NCBI GenBank assembly: GCA_013239625.1
Contig: MU053431.1
Coordinates: 2,506,485-2,570,484, forward strand
Direction: 5' to 3'
DNA: 64,000 nucleotides
Source of the DNA: Lama guanicoe
Lineage: Eukaryota
Positions within the stretch are counted from its first letter, which is position 1. The number at the start of each line of letters is the position of its first letter. This document shows positions 24,311 to 36,495 of the stretch, piece by piece. Under the pieces are notes generated by a model. The model had not been told where the DNA came from and did not search any database. It saw only the letters and a list, made by a program, of their open reading frames with translations. The translations under genes and the position numbers were made by a program.

Positions 24311-26339
24311 ACCCAACCAACCAGTGGAACAAACCTCCTCCCTCCGGACAAGGGCTCGGTCCTCGTTCTCACTTCCGAAGGAGTGGCCTCAGGCACTCCC
24401 CTCTCCTGCTCACTGAGGTATCCAGTGTCGCCTAGGCAGGGGCCAGGGCAGAGCCCCACCCTCAGAACGCTTGGGCCCTGGGGGGTCCGACAAGCCGTGC
24501 CTGGAGGGCCACCCTGGTCCTGGCTTCAGCTTGGTCTCCTTCTCCAGCCAGCCTCAATCTCAGACCCCTACTAGTCCACCAGCACTCTCCTCACCTCAGC
24601 TGAGGGTGGGGACACTAGGGTCCATTCTCTGGGACCCATTCTTCAGGTCCCCACTAAGATGGAGCAAGATGACCTCCACCCCTGCCCAGGTGAGGTCAGC
24701 CTCTAATGGACCCTCCCCCACCCCCACACAGCTCGATAGTGAAGCCAGCCCCACCCCAGCTGGTGACGCTCCTTCCTGGGAGGCCCCACACAGCTCAGCC
24801 TGCAGGTCAGCCCAGCCTGGGGGAGAGGGAGCATCCGAGACTAAGCAGAATAAGCCTCTCCAGCCACTGCTGGTGCCTGGGGCACCCCCGGACCACTCAG
24901 CCTGCTCAGATGGCCTCTGCCCCGTCCCTTACCACCCCCGCCCCCAGACGCATACCTGCTTTGGAAGAGAGAGACTGCTGGTGAGGGGGCACCATGCCCA
25001 CCCTCAACTTCACCCAACACCAGCTTCACAGGCGGGGCCTAGACGCAGCAGCTCTTCCCGCCCCAGGGCCTTTGCACCTGCTGATCCCTCAACCTGGAAA
25101 GCCTTTCCTGCTCCTACCACCTGGTGGTTCTCAGCCACCCCTGAGGACTCACTCCCAACCCTGACCGCCCTGCTGCCAAGACAGCTGCCCATGCTTGCTC
25201 GGGGAGGGGGCCCACCCAGATGGGGCCCTGCTTTGGCCTAATGCCTGCCCCTCTGGAGGGTCCTTCACCCTCTCCCTGTGCTCCACGAAGGCGGGGCCAC
25301 GTCAGACTCCCTTTTGTGTCCTGAGTCCTGAGGGCCCAGCCTGGACAGAACTGGGACCACCCCCTGATGTGTGATTTCAGATGGGTCACTTGCTTCCCTG
25401 AGCCGCAGTCTGCACCTGAAGAACCTACCTGACCAGCAAAGTGAACAAAAAACCAGCCCCAGAAGAAGCTACCTTTCTCATCAGCACCGTTACTTAACAG
25501 TCACCAGGGCGAAGCAGCTACGATCAAGGGGCCCCGCCAGCGGGGCTGCTGAAGCCAGCTCCTTGGGTGTCCCATGGGCCCTCCTTCCTCTGGGGTCTGG
25601 GCTGAGTTGTCCCAGGGTGCGGCTAGGAGCCGCAGGCAGAGCTGGCAGACTCTGGGAAGGGGCAGTGTTGGAGGAAAGGTCTCTGCATGCTGGGGAGCTG
25701 GGCAGCTTCTCATGGTCGCCTGGTCCAGTATGAGAGAGAGCTGGGGGCAGGTATCCCTCCACTGGGCCCTCACCCCTACACACGCAGGATACATTCAGAG
25801 GGAAAACTCTGGGGAGGGCTCTGGAGGGGGCTTGGGGCCTTGGCCGAGGCCTTGAAAGAAGGGGATGCCCCTGCCTGGAGTGGAGCTGCTGGAAGGAGCC
25901 GGAAGGAGCAGCCATCCCACCTGGTTTGAATGCCACAGCCCCAGAGCTGGCCGGGGTCCGGGCACCTCAGAGCCCCTCTCCCTGTAGTCACGCGGGAGGC
26001 TCTGTCGTGCAGGAGTGGTCTTGCTGCCACGGGCTGCGTGGGGCTCCAGTCCCTCCTCCCACTGGGGGTCCCGGTGCCGGGGTGGTTTACAAAACCAGAG
26101 CCTGGAGGCCTTATCAGACCACAGGTTTTCCTGAGGAAGGAAGGGTGGGTGTGGGCCTCCGGGATGGGGCGCCTCCTCTGGGCGCGCCGGGCCTGGCCGA
26201 GGGCACATGGGCGCTGCCCTCCCGGGGGGGAGGATAGCCTCTCCCTCGGACACCCTACCCTAAGCCCTAGCCCCGCCAAGGACAATCACAAGGAGGGAGA
26301 GGCCCAGGCCAGGGCTCGAGTTTCAGGAACTCTAGGTGC

Positions 26340-26860
26340 ACACGGGAAATTACAGGCAGATTCTAGCCTTTCTGGGAGTGTGCGCAGTGCCCCCGTCAGA
26401 TTCTCGGAGGGGCCATTCACCCCGCAGCTCCACTCCTGGGGGGCCCAGTGGAAATATGGACTCACCAAAAACCATGTACCAGAGCATCCAAAGCCACCCT
26501 CTTTGTACTAACCCCAAAGTGGAAAAACCCAAACGCCTACCAGTGCCAGGGCATGAAGTGAGGTGCAGCCTGTTACACAGGGGACACTGGGCAGCCGTGA
26601 GGATGGCCCCCTGTGACTCCCAGCACCACTGCAGACTCGCTCCCATGACAGGCCACCTTCAGAGACAGGTGGGATGGCGGGCCGACGGGATCCAACGTGA
26701 CGGCCTTTGGAACGTGGGCCCAAGGGGCCTCTGGGCCGTGTCCTGTCCTCTTGTTCCAGGTGCAGTGACAAGACGCACTCAGTTTATGGAAATTCATTAA
26801 ATACACACTCAAGGTATGTGCACTTCTCAGTTTGCATGTGGTTCTTCAATAAGAAGCCAT
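26340..26860 (+). mobile_element. Ancient L1M fragment
   Basis: GCAGCTCCACTCCTGG, AACCCCAAAGTGGAAA, GGAAATTCATTAA..TATGTGCACTT..CTTCAATAA. Confidence 0.6.
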
Positions 26861-27587
26861 ATAAAACCCCTAGATCCTCCACTGACCCCTCCCTGAGGAA
26901 AGATGGTTCCCCAGGTTGTCTATCCTCGCCCCTCCAGCCCCGTGTGACTCCCTGCCTGGGGCCTCCAGGGAAGGCCCCGGGACCCTTTGCTGGGGGGCAG
27001 GGAGGGCAGCAGACGGGATGGCAGCCCTGGGGGATGTGCTGGTGGAGGCCCTGGGGCCCCTCCCACTCTGGGGACTGAGACTCGGGCCAGGCTGACTGCC
27101 CAGGGCCTTCTCTGTCTTTCTCAAGAGTCAGGCCCAGAGGAGCCAGGCAGGGTGGGGGTCCCTGAAGCCTCACAGGTGGGGCCAAACGGATACGGGGTCC
27201 GCCCTGCTGGAGCCGGGCTGGCTGGCCTTGGAGCGCTGGCAAGGGCCTGGGGGACAGCCCGCTGCCTGCTGGGCTGGGGGTGTCTCCCTCCTCCTCCTCC
27301 CTCCCCTGCAGGGGCCTCTACCCCTTCCGCTGCCAGAGGCTGGGGGCTATTTTTAACTCACTGAGCTGCTCCTGCTGAAGGTGGACAGAGCCCTGGGAGG
27401 AAGGAGGGCAAGAGAGAAGGCCTGACAGCTGCCTTCCTGCCCCCACCTCTCCCGGGGTCCCGGCTTTCTCGGGGGACTGGCCATTCTTGATCTTAGAGAG
27501 GAACCAGCACACCACCCCACAAATATATACATACATGAAGGCCATACAGATACCCCAAGATTCAACCACACGCCTGGGAGTCAGACT

Positions 27588-27636
27588 CACACGCACGCAC
27601 GCACGCACGCATGCACACACACACATACATGCATGT
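27588..27636. repeat. Compound (CACG)n/(CA)n microsatellite
   Basis: 49 bp of unbroken purine-pyrimidine alternation. Confidence 0.9.
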
Positions 27637-28584
27637 CCCGGGACCTGCTTAGAAACATACCAGATGCACTGAGACCTGGGAGACAAACCCAGACTCACAG
27701 CGATGGCCAGTCAGCCCCATCCCACCTGGACACATGAACACAAGCACGCTGTAGGGCAGAGAGGACCCCGGGGCACACGCATAGATCGTGTGGGGGAGGG
27801 GCATGCAGGTGGGGGCACTCGGCCCCTCTGCCCCTGCCGCCAAGTTCCAGCCCAGTTTCCCTGCAGCCTGCTGGGGCCTGAGCTCCTGGAGGCTCTCAGC
27901 ACCTTCCCTCTAGAGATTCCCCACCGTGGCCTCACTCGCCCCCAGATGAGGGGCAGGATTGTGGCAGGAGCCGCCTAGCTTCGCCCCCACATTCCACCCA
28001 CGCTTTTTCAGGACCGGAAACCAGAGAGAGGGATGGGGGAGGCGGCCCACGGAGCTGTAGCCTCAGAGCACGCTCAGCCCCATCCCTTCTCTTGCCCTGC
28101 TCCCCACTTCCCCTCTCCTCCCCCGCCTTTGTTCCCTGGAGCAGCTCCTCACCACCCCAGCAAGGAACTGGAGTCTGTCCTGGGAAAGCCCAGGTGCTGG
28201 GCTGGGGCCTCTGTCTCCTGCATCTGGGTCTAGGGGGAGGAGGGAGCTGAGAGTGACAGATGGGGCTCAGACCCATGGGGCGGGGGCGGGCCGGCAGGCT
28301 TCCAACTCCTCTCCACCCCACACCCCCACCTCTGCCCCTGGAGGCCCCGGAGGGATGGAGGAGGGCGGAGAGCCGGCCTGGAGGACAGGACATCCTCTTG
28401 GCAGGACACAGGACGCCAGGCCGGAGGTTCCCAGCCCCAGTCAAGGCCACAGGGGGGAAAAGGTCACTGGGGCCTGGGGCTCACCAGCTCCAAAATGGGC
28501 TGGTGCACTGGTAGCTGGTCCAAGCTGCTTCAAGCAGTGACTTCGGAGAGGACAGCGGAGCCAGCCCCGATGAAACACCCCAGT

Positions 28585-28768
28585 CCCTGACCCCCTCCAC
28601 CCCACATGGCACCAGCCCCAGGGCCCCCCTCTCAGGGACTTCCACACCCTCACCCCCTCCACCCCACTGGGCACCAGGCCCGGGGCCCCCTCTCGGGGAG
28701 CTCCACACCCTGACCCCCTCCACCCCACATGGCACCAGCCCCAGGGCCCCCTCTTGGGGAGCTCCACA
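28585..28768. repeat. GC-rich minisatellite, 3 copies of a 61-62-bp unit
   Basis: Units start at 28585, 28647, 28708 (CCCTGACCCCCTCCACCCCACATGGCACCAG...). Confidence 0.93.
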
Positions 28769-29371
28769 GAGCACGGGGACCAGCAGGCTGGGGGGTCACT
28801 GTCACTTGCACCATGGGGAGCCACCAGCCCACAGGTTTGCCTTCACCTCCCCACTCGGGAGCCCCCTCCCCCAGGTGACTCCGGGGGCCACTGCCCTAGA
28901 GAACAGACCTCAGACTGGCCCTGGCGTGCCCTTGCCCAGGACTGGACGCCTAGGGGCAGTCCCTCTGGGTCAAAGGCTTCGGGGACCCCTTGCTCCTGCA
29001 CGTCTTCCTGCAGCGGGCAGCAGCAGAGCCTGGCCTTTCCTGAGCTGGCACTGTCGGCCCAGACTGGCTGGGAGTTTTGCTCACTGGCCTGGGAGGTGAG
29101 GCTCCCAAGAGGTCACCACATCCAAGCTGCCCAATCTAGGGTGCCCCCTGGGCTGTGCCTGTTGCCAGTGGTGAGCCCAGACCAGTGCACTCTGCCTGCT
29201 GGGGAGGTCGGGCCTGTCCCACCCCTCCTCCCACACCAGTCTCCTGGCTTCACCCTGACGCCCAGCACTAGTGCTGACTGGTCATCCAGCGGAGCTTCTA
29301 CCAGTCTGTCCTGGTTACCTGAGTGGGAGACAATGTCTCATCTAAAAACAGTCTACAGGGATGAGCTTCCT

Positions 29372-29800
29372 CAACCCTCCTGCACTGCTGGTGGGAGTAC
29401 AGATTGGCACAGCCACTGTGGAGGACAGTATGGGGGTTCCTTAAAAAACTAAAAGTAGACTTACCATGTGATCCAGCAATCCCACTCCTGGGCATATAGC
29501 CAGAGAAAAATAAAATTCAAAAAGACCCCAATGTTCACAGCAGCACTATTTACAATAGCCAAAACATGGAAACAGCCCAAATGTCTGTCAAGAGATGACT
29601 GGATAAGAAGCTGTGATATGTATACATAGTGAAATACTACTCAGCCATAAAAAAGAATAAAATAATGCCATTTGCAGCAACATGGATGGACCTGGAGGTC
29701 ATCATTCTAAGTGAAGTAAGCCCGAAAGAGAAAGAAAATTGCCATATTATATCACTTACATGTGGCACCTTTAAAAAAAGGACACAAGTGAACTATTTAT
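29372..29800 (+). mobile_element. LINE-1 fragment (ORF2 3' end)
   Basis: GATCCAGCAATCCCACTCCTGGG; translates YYSAIKKNKIMPFAATWMDLEVIILSEVS; degenerate. Confidence 0.95.
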
Positions 29801-29931
29801 TATTTATAGCTTAGATGAGTGATTTCTTGAATGTGTGTGAGCACGTTTGACTGTCCTTTATGACTGGATTACTGTATTCCGTTGATTTTTATTTTGCGTT
29901 TGGCTGTATTCCTTTGATACTATGTAAGTTT

Positions 29932-30071
29932 GGGGGAGGGTCTAGCTCAGGGGTAGAGTGCGTGCTTAACATGCATGAGGTCCTGGGTTCAAGCTCCAGT
30001 CCCTCCTCTAAAAATAAATAAATAAACCTAATTACCCACCCCACCCCCAAAAAAGTTTATTAAAAAAAAAA
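29932..30071 (+). mobile_element. tRNA-derived SINE (Vic-1-like)
   Basis: TAGCTCAGGGG A box, GGTTCAAGC B box, AAATAAATAAACCTAATTACC tail, poly(A). Confidence 0.9.
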
Positions 30072-30481
30072 GAAGCTAAAGCTCTAAACTGTTCTGAGAA
30101 ACAATGATCAGTACAATATGTAAACTAAAAAAATACGTGCAGTATATTGTGCATATGTATTTACATGCAATATATCGTATATGTGCAGTTAAATTGTAAC
30201 AATAAAACTGAAGTGAGAATAACAAAAAACAAACAAAAAAGAAATGAGTTTTCTCAACACACAGCTCGAGTCTGCATCTGCCTCTATTTACCTGAGTTAA
30301 AATCACCAAAGGGGCTTTAAGCATGGAGTTGCCACGTGACCCAAGAGAAATGACACCTCTGCCGAGAAGCCAGCACCAAAACCCAGCCCTGTCTCCTTCC
30401 CCATCACCTTCCCTCCTTCCGTTTTCCTTGGTTCCACTCACACTCTTTATCTCTTTTTAAAAACTAGCCTTTATTAGAGTA

Positions 30482-30510
30482 CATTTTTTTTTGCTTTTTT
30501 TGGGGGGAGG
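30482..30510 (-). mobile_element. Severely 5'-truncated SINE tail inside an old L1 fragment
   Basis: Reverse complement CCTCCCCCC-A-rich tail flanked by direct repeat TATTAGAGTA (30472, 30511). Confidence 0.6.
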
Positions 30511-33500
30511 TATTAGAGTATAATTTACATACGATGATATTCACCAATTTTAAGCAATTTGATGAGCCTTGACAAGCCTGTAATCATGTAACCACCCCAC
30601 TAGCGTGGCGTCTGTGGCCACAGCCCGGCTCATGCACAGCTGGGCCATCTCACTAAGCCCTTCGCTCCAGGAACAGCCCTCCTTTCTCCCAGACACTCAG
30701 CCTTCCCCTCTCTTTGGCTTCCTTCTCGTCTGCTTTGATTTTATATCTTGTCCCAAAACTACTGGACGTCTGAGCATGTCCATCCTCTCCTGCCATCTCC
30801 TTCTCCTTGCTAACACCCCAGCCACTGCTCTTTGCTGAGAAATCAACCCAGAGGATTGGCGCCACCAGGAAGCAGACCTGGAATGGACCCTCGACACTCC
30901 TGGACTCCCTGTGTTTCTCCCGGGCCACTGGGCCCTGCCGGCTCCCACGCCTGGCCCTCCCTGCCTTCTGGAGCCTTCCTCCAGCATTAACCCCGCCCCG
31001 CCTCCAGCCCTTCCTCCTCGAAGCAGTGACCACTCTGAAATGCAAGCCTGAGTCTGGAACTCTCTTGCCAAGAATCTTTCAGTGGCTCCTGAGCAGTGGC
31101 TTCTTTTCCTGCTCCTGATCCTCTCCCCAGGGTCCTGCCCTATTGCCCCGACTCTCGGCCTCACTCCTGCACCCCTCCCAGGCTCCAGCCACACTGGCCT
31201 CGTTCTTATTCGCCTGAGATGCCAAGTTTCCTTCAGCCCCTGCGCCTCTCCCAGGCCAGGCACCTCACGCCACAGTCTCACTCACGACCAATTGTGAGCC
31301 ACCCCTCTGGTCTCAGCGCCTGACACCCCTCCCCCATCCCCACCCCCTGGGTGTTCACCCCCTGAGAAGCCTTCCTTTAGGTTAAACCCTTACATGTGCC
31401 CAGCTAGCACCCTGGGGACCACACCACGCTCAGCCCTGTCCCCAGCCACTAGTCCTGCAGGCCCTCAAGGAATGGTTCCTGCCGGGAAGGGCCGGGGGGA
31501 CTGGAGGGTGGGGTAGTTCAGCTCATCACAGGCACAGAGAATGACTGAGGGAGAAAGAACCACCTTCATCCGGCCCTCCTGGTGTCCAAGACAGGACCCC
31601 AGACCAGGCTCGGACAGCTGTCGTCAGCTGGGGTACGGGGAGCCTACCTGGGGTGCTGAGGGACCCGGGAGACTCCTGCCCTGTGCAGGTCCCTCAGGCA
31701 TCACCTGGGACTTTCCGGGGCTGTGCCACTGATTAAGACTTTGCTGGTGGGGCCGAGGCACTCGGGCATTTCCTGCCCAGCCTCACTCCCTGAGGCCCTA
31801 GCCCTGTGGCCCTGCTCCTTCCTCCCCCGCCTGGGGGCTTTCCACAGAGCCTGAGGCCCCGCTATTTTTAGCTGAAGGAGAGGGGCCAATTCTTGGCCCC
31901 ACTGCTTCCCCTGAGGGAGCTGGGCAAAAGTGGGGTGGGGTTGGCCCCCCCCCGCAGCCTGTTCGTTCCTCCCTGCCCCCAACCTCCCAAGCCAGGGTCC
32001 ACCTGGGCAGCCCAGGTGGCTGGTGCATGAGGATGTCCAGGGCCTGGGCTGGAGCCCTGGGGTGAGGTGGACGCAGGGCCTGGGTGGGCTACCGCCCACT
32101 TCCTGTGGCCTCACCCCTGCATCAAAGGCCGCTGCGGGCCTGTGGTCACTCCCAGCTCCCACGCAGCCGGAGGGGCGGGGCCGGCGCAGGAACCCCTGGC
32201 AGCTGAGTCCTGCTCCCGGCAGCTTCAAAGCAGCAGGGTGGGCAGCCCTGCGGTTAGTGCAGATCCCGGGGGCAGGGTGGGGGACAGGAAGGGGGGATAA
32301 CGGGGCTCTCTCCTCTGCTTCTTTGCCCTGCCCACTCCACGGCCTTCCTGGGTGGGCTCAGGGCAAAGGCCCAGGCGCTTTCCTGGCCCTCAGATCCTGT
32401 CCTGGAGCGGGACTGCCTTGGTGGGGGGTGCCTTCGTGACTGCACCATGTGTGTGGGATCCAAGTGGGGTCACCCCACAGTGCAGCCCCCTAGAGAAGCC
32501 ACAGGAATCAAAGTGGGGGCACCCTGGGGCCCCGGAGGTCCCCGGCTGCGGTGAGGCCGGGCAGACAAGCTTCCCTTTCTTCCCTGCCTTCTCCCTCCCT
32601 GCTCGCCCCACTTTTCTGCCTGAAGTGGGGGCAGCGGGAAGGGGAGGGGACAGGGGAAGAAGGGCTTGCCTGTCTGGGCCCGCCCTGGAGCGGCCCCTGC
32701 CCCCACCCACCGCAGAGGTGGGCTGGCCAGGCTGCAGTGGGCTTGACCTCACGCCAGCTCCCTGAGGACCAAGGACTGGCAGGGAAGTGGGGTGGGGGCG
32801 CCAGAGCCTCCAAGCAGCCGCCCCAGAGCTCAGCAGACGTGAGAACAGACAGTGCCTGTGAGCAAGTTGGGGGAGGAAACTTCCAGGGTCCCCTGGGGTC
32901 AGCTCCAGGACAGTTGCCATTTTTAATCTGCGCAAGAGACTTAGAAGGAGCCGCGAGGGCTGTAACCTAGATCCACTCAGAGCCGGCCCCGGAGGTGAGG
33001 CCCCAGAACAGTCCCTGCCCCAAGCTGTGTGCCCCCAAGGGCAGAGGGACCCTGGCCGACTTTGCCCTGTCCTGCCAGAGACTGAGCTCACGGTGGCCCT
33101 CCCAGCCAAGGTCCAAGGTAGCCTTACAGGGTCTGCCTGCTCTGGGCTGGCTTGGCCCCACCCCCAGCCTCCAGGCCCTTACCTCCCTTCTCCTCCACTC
33201 TTGGGTGCGGGTAGGGGGGCCCCAATCTAGGGACCTGAAGGAGCCCCACTCATGAGCCTGCAGCCCTAGTGCCTGGGCTGAAGCGAGAGCTAGCTTCAGT
33301 CCACCCATCAGGGCAGGTGGGAGACCCGTGCCCCAGGAAGACTGCCCTGGGGGCTCTCCGTATCAGGCACGGGGTGTCCTGGAGGTGCTCTCTGGCTCTC
33401 TGGGTTCCCCACCCGGTCCAGTCCTCCTAGACACTTTGTGCTGGCCCAGGCTGTCTCTCAGATCTGTGCCCTCCCCCCAACTCTGAGACCCCACCTCCAC

Positions 33501-34229
33501 CCCCAACCCCCTAACTGCTTCTCCACTCTTGGGGTGCCTGCCTGGACCCAGGAGACTCAGGGTGCTGCCCAGGGGTGCAGTGGGGGATTCCCAGTAATGC
33601 CCACCCTGCTGGTGCTAGGATGGGGACTCCCATCACCCTCCCATTCTCCAAGGGCCACTATGTGGGCTGCTGCTTCGCAGACACATCTCCCACCTTCCAC
33701 AGGCCTCACCACCCTGTTAAAAATGTGACCTGGGGGAACCAGGAAAGGTGACCTCTGTGCCCTGGTGTAATCAGAGCCCCAGAAGAGCAGAAGAGAGGCT
33801 ATACCGGGAAACGCGGCCACCTGCCACCATCGCTGGTTTTTGGGGTCGCATGTCCAAAATTTGTAGCATCCAGAGAGCCTAAAACCTGGCTCTTACCATC
33901 GCCCCATTCTTCCCCTTCCCAGGGCCGGGACTGGCCCTCCGAGGCCCCGAGGTCCAGGCCTTAGTTTCCATCCAGCCACCACAAAGCCGGCTGGCTGGCA
34001 CCAGGGTCCCACAGGTGAGGGGCCTCTAAGTGGCAAGGAGCGAAAAGCAGGACCGGATTGCTGACTGGCTCCTGGAGCCTGGCCTGGTCAGCAGGTCAGG
34101 ATCAGTCAACACTCATTAAACTTATCCCCACACAGACTGACAAATACTAAAACACCAAGCTGCCTCACGCAACTCACAGGCCAGCACAAGCTTTTGGAAA
34201 AGTAACCTGGCCACACCCAGGCACACTCT

Positions 34230-34764
34230 TAGGAAACTGATTTGCAGGGAAAGCACTGACCTGCAAGGGTCCTCGGACAAGTGTGCTTGTGGCAGCTAAG
34301 GCTGATGAGAAAGATCCAGAACCTGGGTATGCACCAGCTGAGGGGACACAGGGGCCATCCTAGTCAGGACAGCATGTTGTGTGTGTTCGTGGGCAAATAC
34401 AGGAAGGTTGACATTGGCATCTCTGGGCACCAGAGCGAGCTCGACAAGGACAGTCATCCTTCCCACACTGTCCTCCTGGCTGCACTGAGCCTATGTTACA
34501 TTTTGAACAACAGAAGGAAGCCCCGCTTCACATCAAACTCTGTGCTGGGTGCCGCGGTGGTAGAGGGGCTCCCAGGCTGGAGTGACACTGGGCCCCCAAT
34601 GTGTAGTGACCCTTCTGAGTCGGGTATGGGGCCCCAGGGACCACCCAGGAGCAGGGCTGTGGCCCACACAACGCCAGGGGGCACTGCGCACACACTGGAG
34701 TCTGCATACATGGTGCAGACTGTGTCCCCCCAGAGGCCTGAGCCCCAGCGAACTGGGCCCCCAT
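34230..34764 (-). pseudogene. Candidate disrupted Cys-rich small-protein gene
   Basis: ATG 34764, 78 codons, TGA 34530-28, then 55 in-frame codons with 12 Cys, TAG 34362-60; Cys-rich reading continues in another frame. Confidence 0.45.
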
Positions 34765-36495
34765 TAGATTGGCCTGTAGGGCTCTCGACCCCGACCCAGG
34801 CTTTCCTGTGATGGGGGCCTCGTGTGTGGGGAGGCTGAGACCGACACTGCAGGAAGGCAGGAAGGAGGCGGCCGGTAGGGCATCATGCCCCCACAGCCCC
34901 ACCACCCTTGAGGGGGGCAGTTCTCTCTGATTCCAGATGTTCAGCAGCTGTCCCGGCCACTTCCGCCCCTTCTCTGACCCTGCATCCGCCAGGAAGCATC
35001 CCCTCCTGTCCTCGGGCTCCGAGCCACCCCCCACCTTCCCGGCACCCCATTTCCTGAGCAGAGGCGTTTCTGCAGACTCAGCTCCCCCTCCCGCGGGCCG
35101 CTTCAGCTTTCCCAAGGCCGGCCGGCCCGGACACCCTCTACCAGGGGCTGGGACCTGGCCCCTGCCCGACCCTCCAGCCTCTGGGACTGGTTTTCTCTCT
35201 CTCCCTCCCTTCCTTTTCTGAGGTTGGCAGCATAAATCAGGGCCTCCAGGGAAGCTGAGCAGAAGGGCCAGGAGGGAGCCTGCCTCAGTGGGGGAGGGTG
35301 GGAGCCCTGTGGGGTGAAGGCCAGAGGTCACAGAGCCCAGCAGGCTGGAGGGGGGCAGGGAATGCATGCTCAGTGTCTGCCTGTTGGACACTGGGAGTAG
35401 CCTCCTCTGTCTGAGAGCAGAGAACCAGGGACACAGCCCCACTTTCCCTGAGCAGACGTGGGGGCGGGCACAAGAGGTCACTGCTGTTGCAGCTGGTCCA
35501 GTCTGAGGGGTTCTTCTGGTGAGGGGACAGCACGAGGAGGGCTCCCTTCCTGCCACATGCCTTCCCATCTCAACAGAGCTGCTGGTTCTGGGACACCCGT
35601 GCTCCCGTGGGCTGGGGGCAGGACTAGGGGGTGGTCAGGGGCCGGCTAAACACAGGGTGAGGGCTCCAGGGGGCCAGCAGCTCCAGACTGCTGACCTCTG
35701 GCCCTCAGAATCCGGTCTCTAGCTGCCCCACACCGGCCCCTGCTTCCTGCTGTCCGGGGGGAGCCAAGGCAGGTGGGCCTGGCTGCAGGAAAGCCTCTGC
35801 TTCCAAACATAAGCCTCAGAGCCAGCCGAGCTGGGAGACTGCCCCTAGGAGGATGCCACTCCTCCAAGCCCCATCTTTCCTCGGGGAATCAAAACAAAAT
35901 GTGATGTGTCCAACATACTGTGTGGACAGTCCTGCAGGACACCCCACCATGTACCCCTGCATCTGCCTGGGTTTTGGCTGAGGACCAGCAGGGCCCTCTG
36001 CCCTGTTGCTGGGGGTCACTCCTGAGGACTCAGAAAATGAGCCTGGAGCCTCTGGGTCTGCACTCCCCTCCCCTGGCCAGGATAGACAGCACCTGAGTTT
36101 ATGAAAAGGTTCCTAAGAGGGTAAAAGCCCCCACCCTCCCCTCCCTCAAGGCTTCCATCTCTACCCCAAACCTCAGGGCCAGGGTGGACATTTCAGGACA
36201 ACAAGGACCACCAATCCCAGAGGGCAGCTCGGCCTATCCCTTGACCTCAGGTGTGGTACTTGTGGGCTCCCTTCCAGGGCAGTCCTCCCACTGCCCCTGC
36301 TGCCACCCAGGACCCAGGGAAGAGGGCAAGTGGTTGCAAGGCAGAAGGAACTGTAGGGGAACCCTTGCCCAGGTGGGCCAGTGGACCTTTGGTCCTCAGG
36401 ACCTGAGCAATGAGTGAAGCAGTCCAAGCTAGAGTAAGAGCTGGATAATCAGGAAAACTTGGAACTCAGCTGGCCTGGGGAAGGGGTGCTGGGAG

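Noticed and set aside
28585-28768. CRISPR-like array
   Set aside because: Contiguous tandem units with no unique spacers; eukaryotic context
29629-29814. 61-aa ORF as a host gene
   Set aside because: L1 ORF2 C-terminal remnant
34850-35568. N-terminal part of the 346-aa minus-strand ORF
   Set aside because: Low-information GC-rich translation upstream of a strong acceptor; only the part from ATG 34764 looks coding
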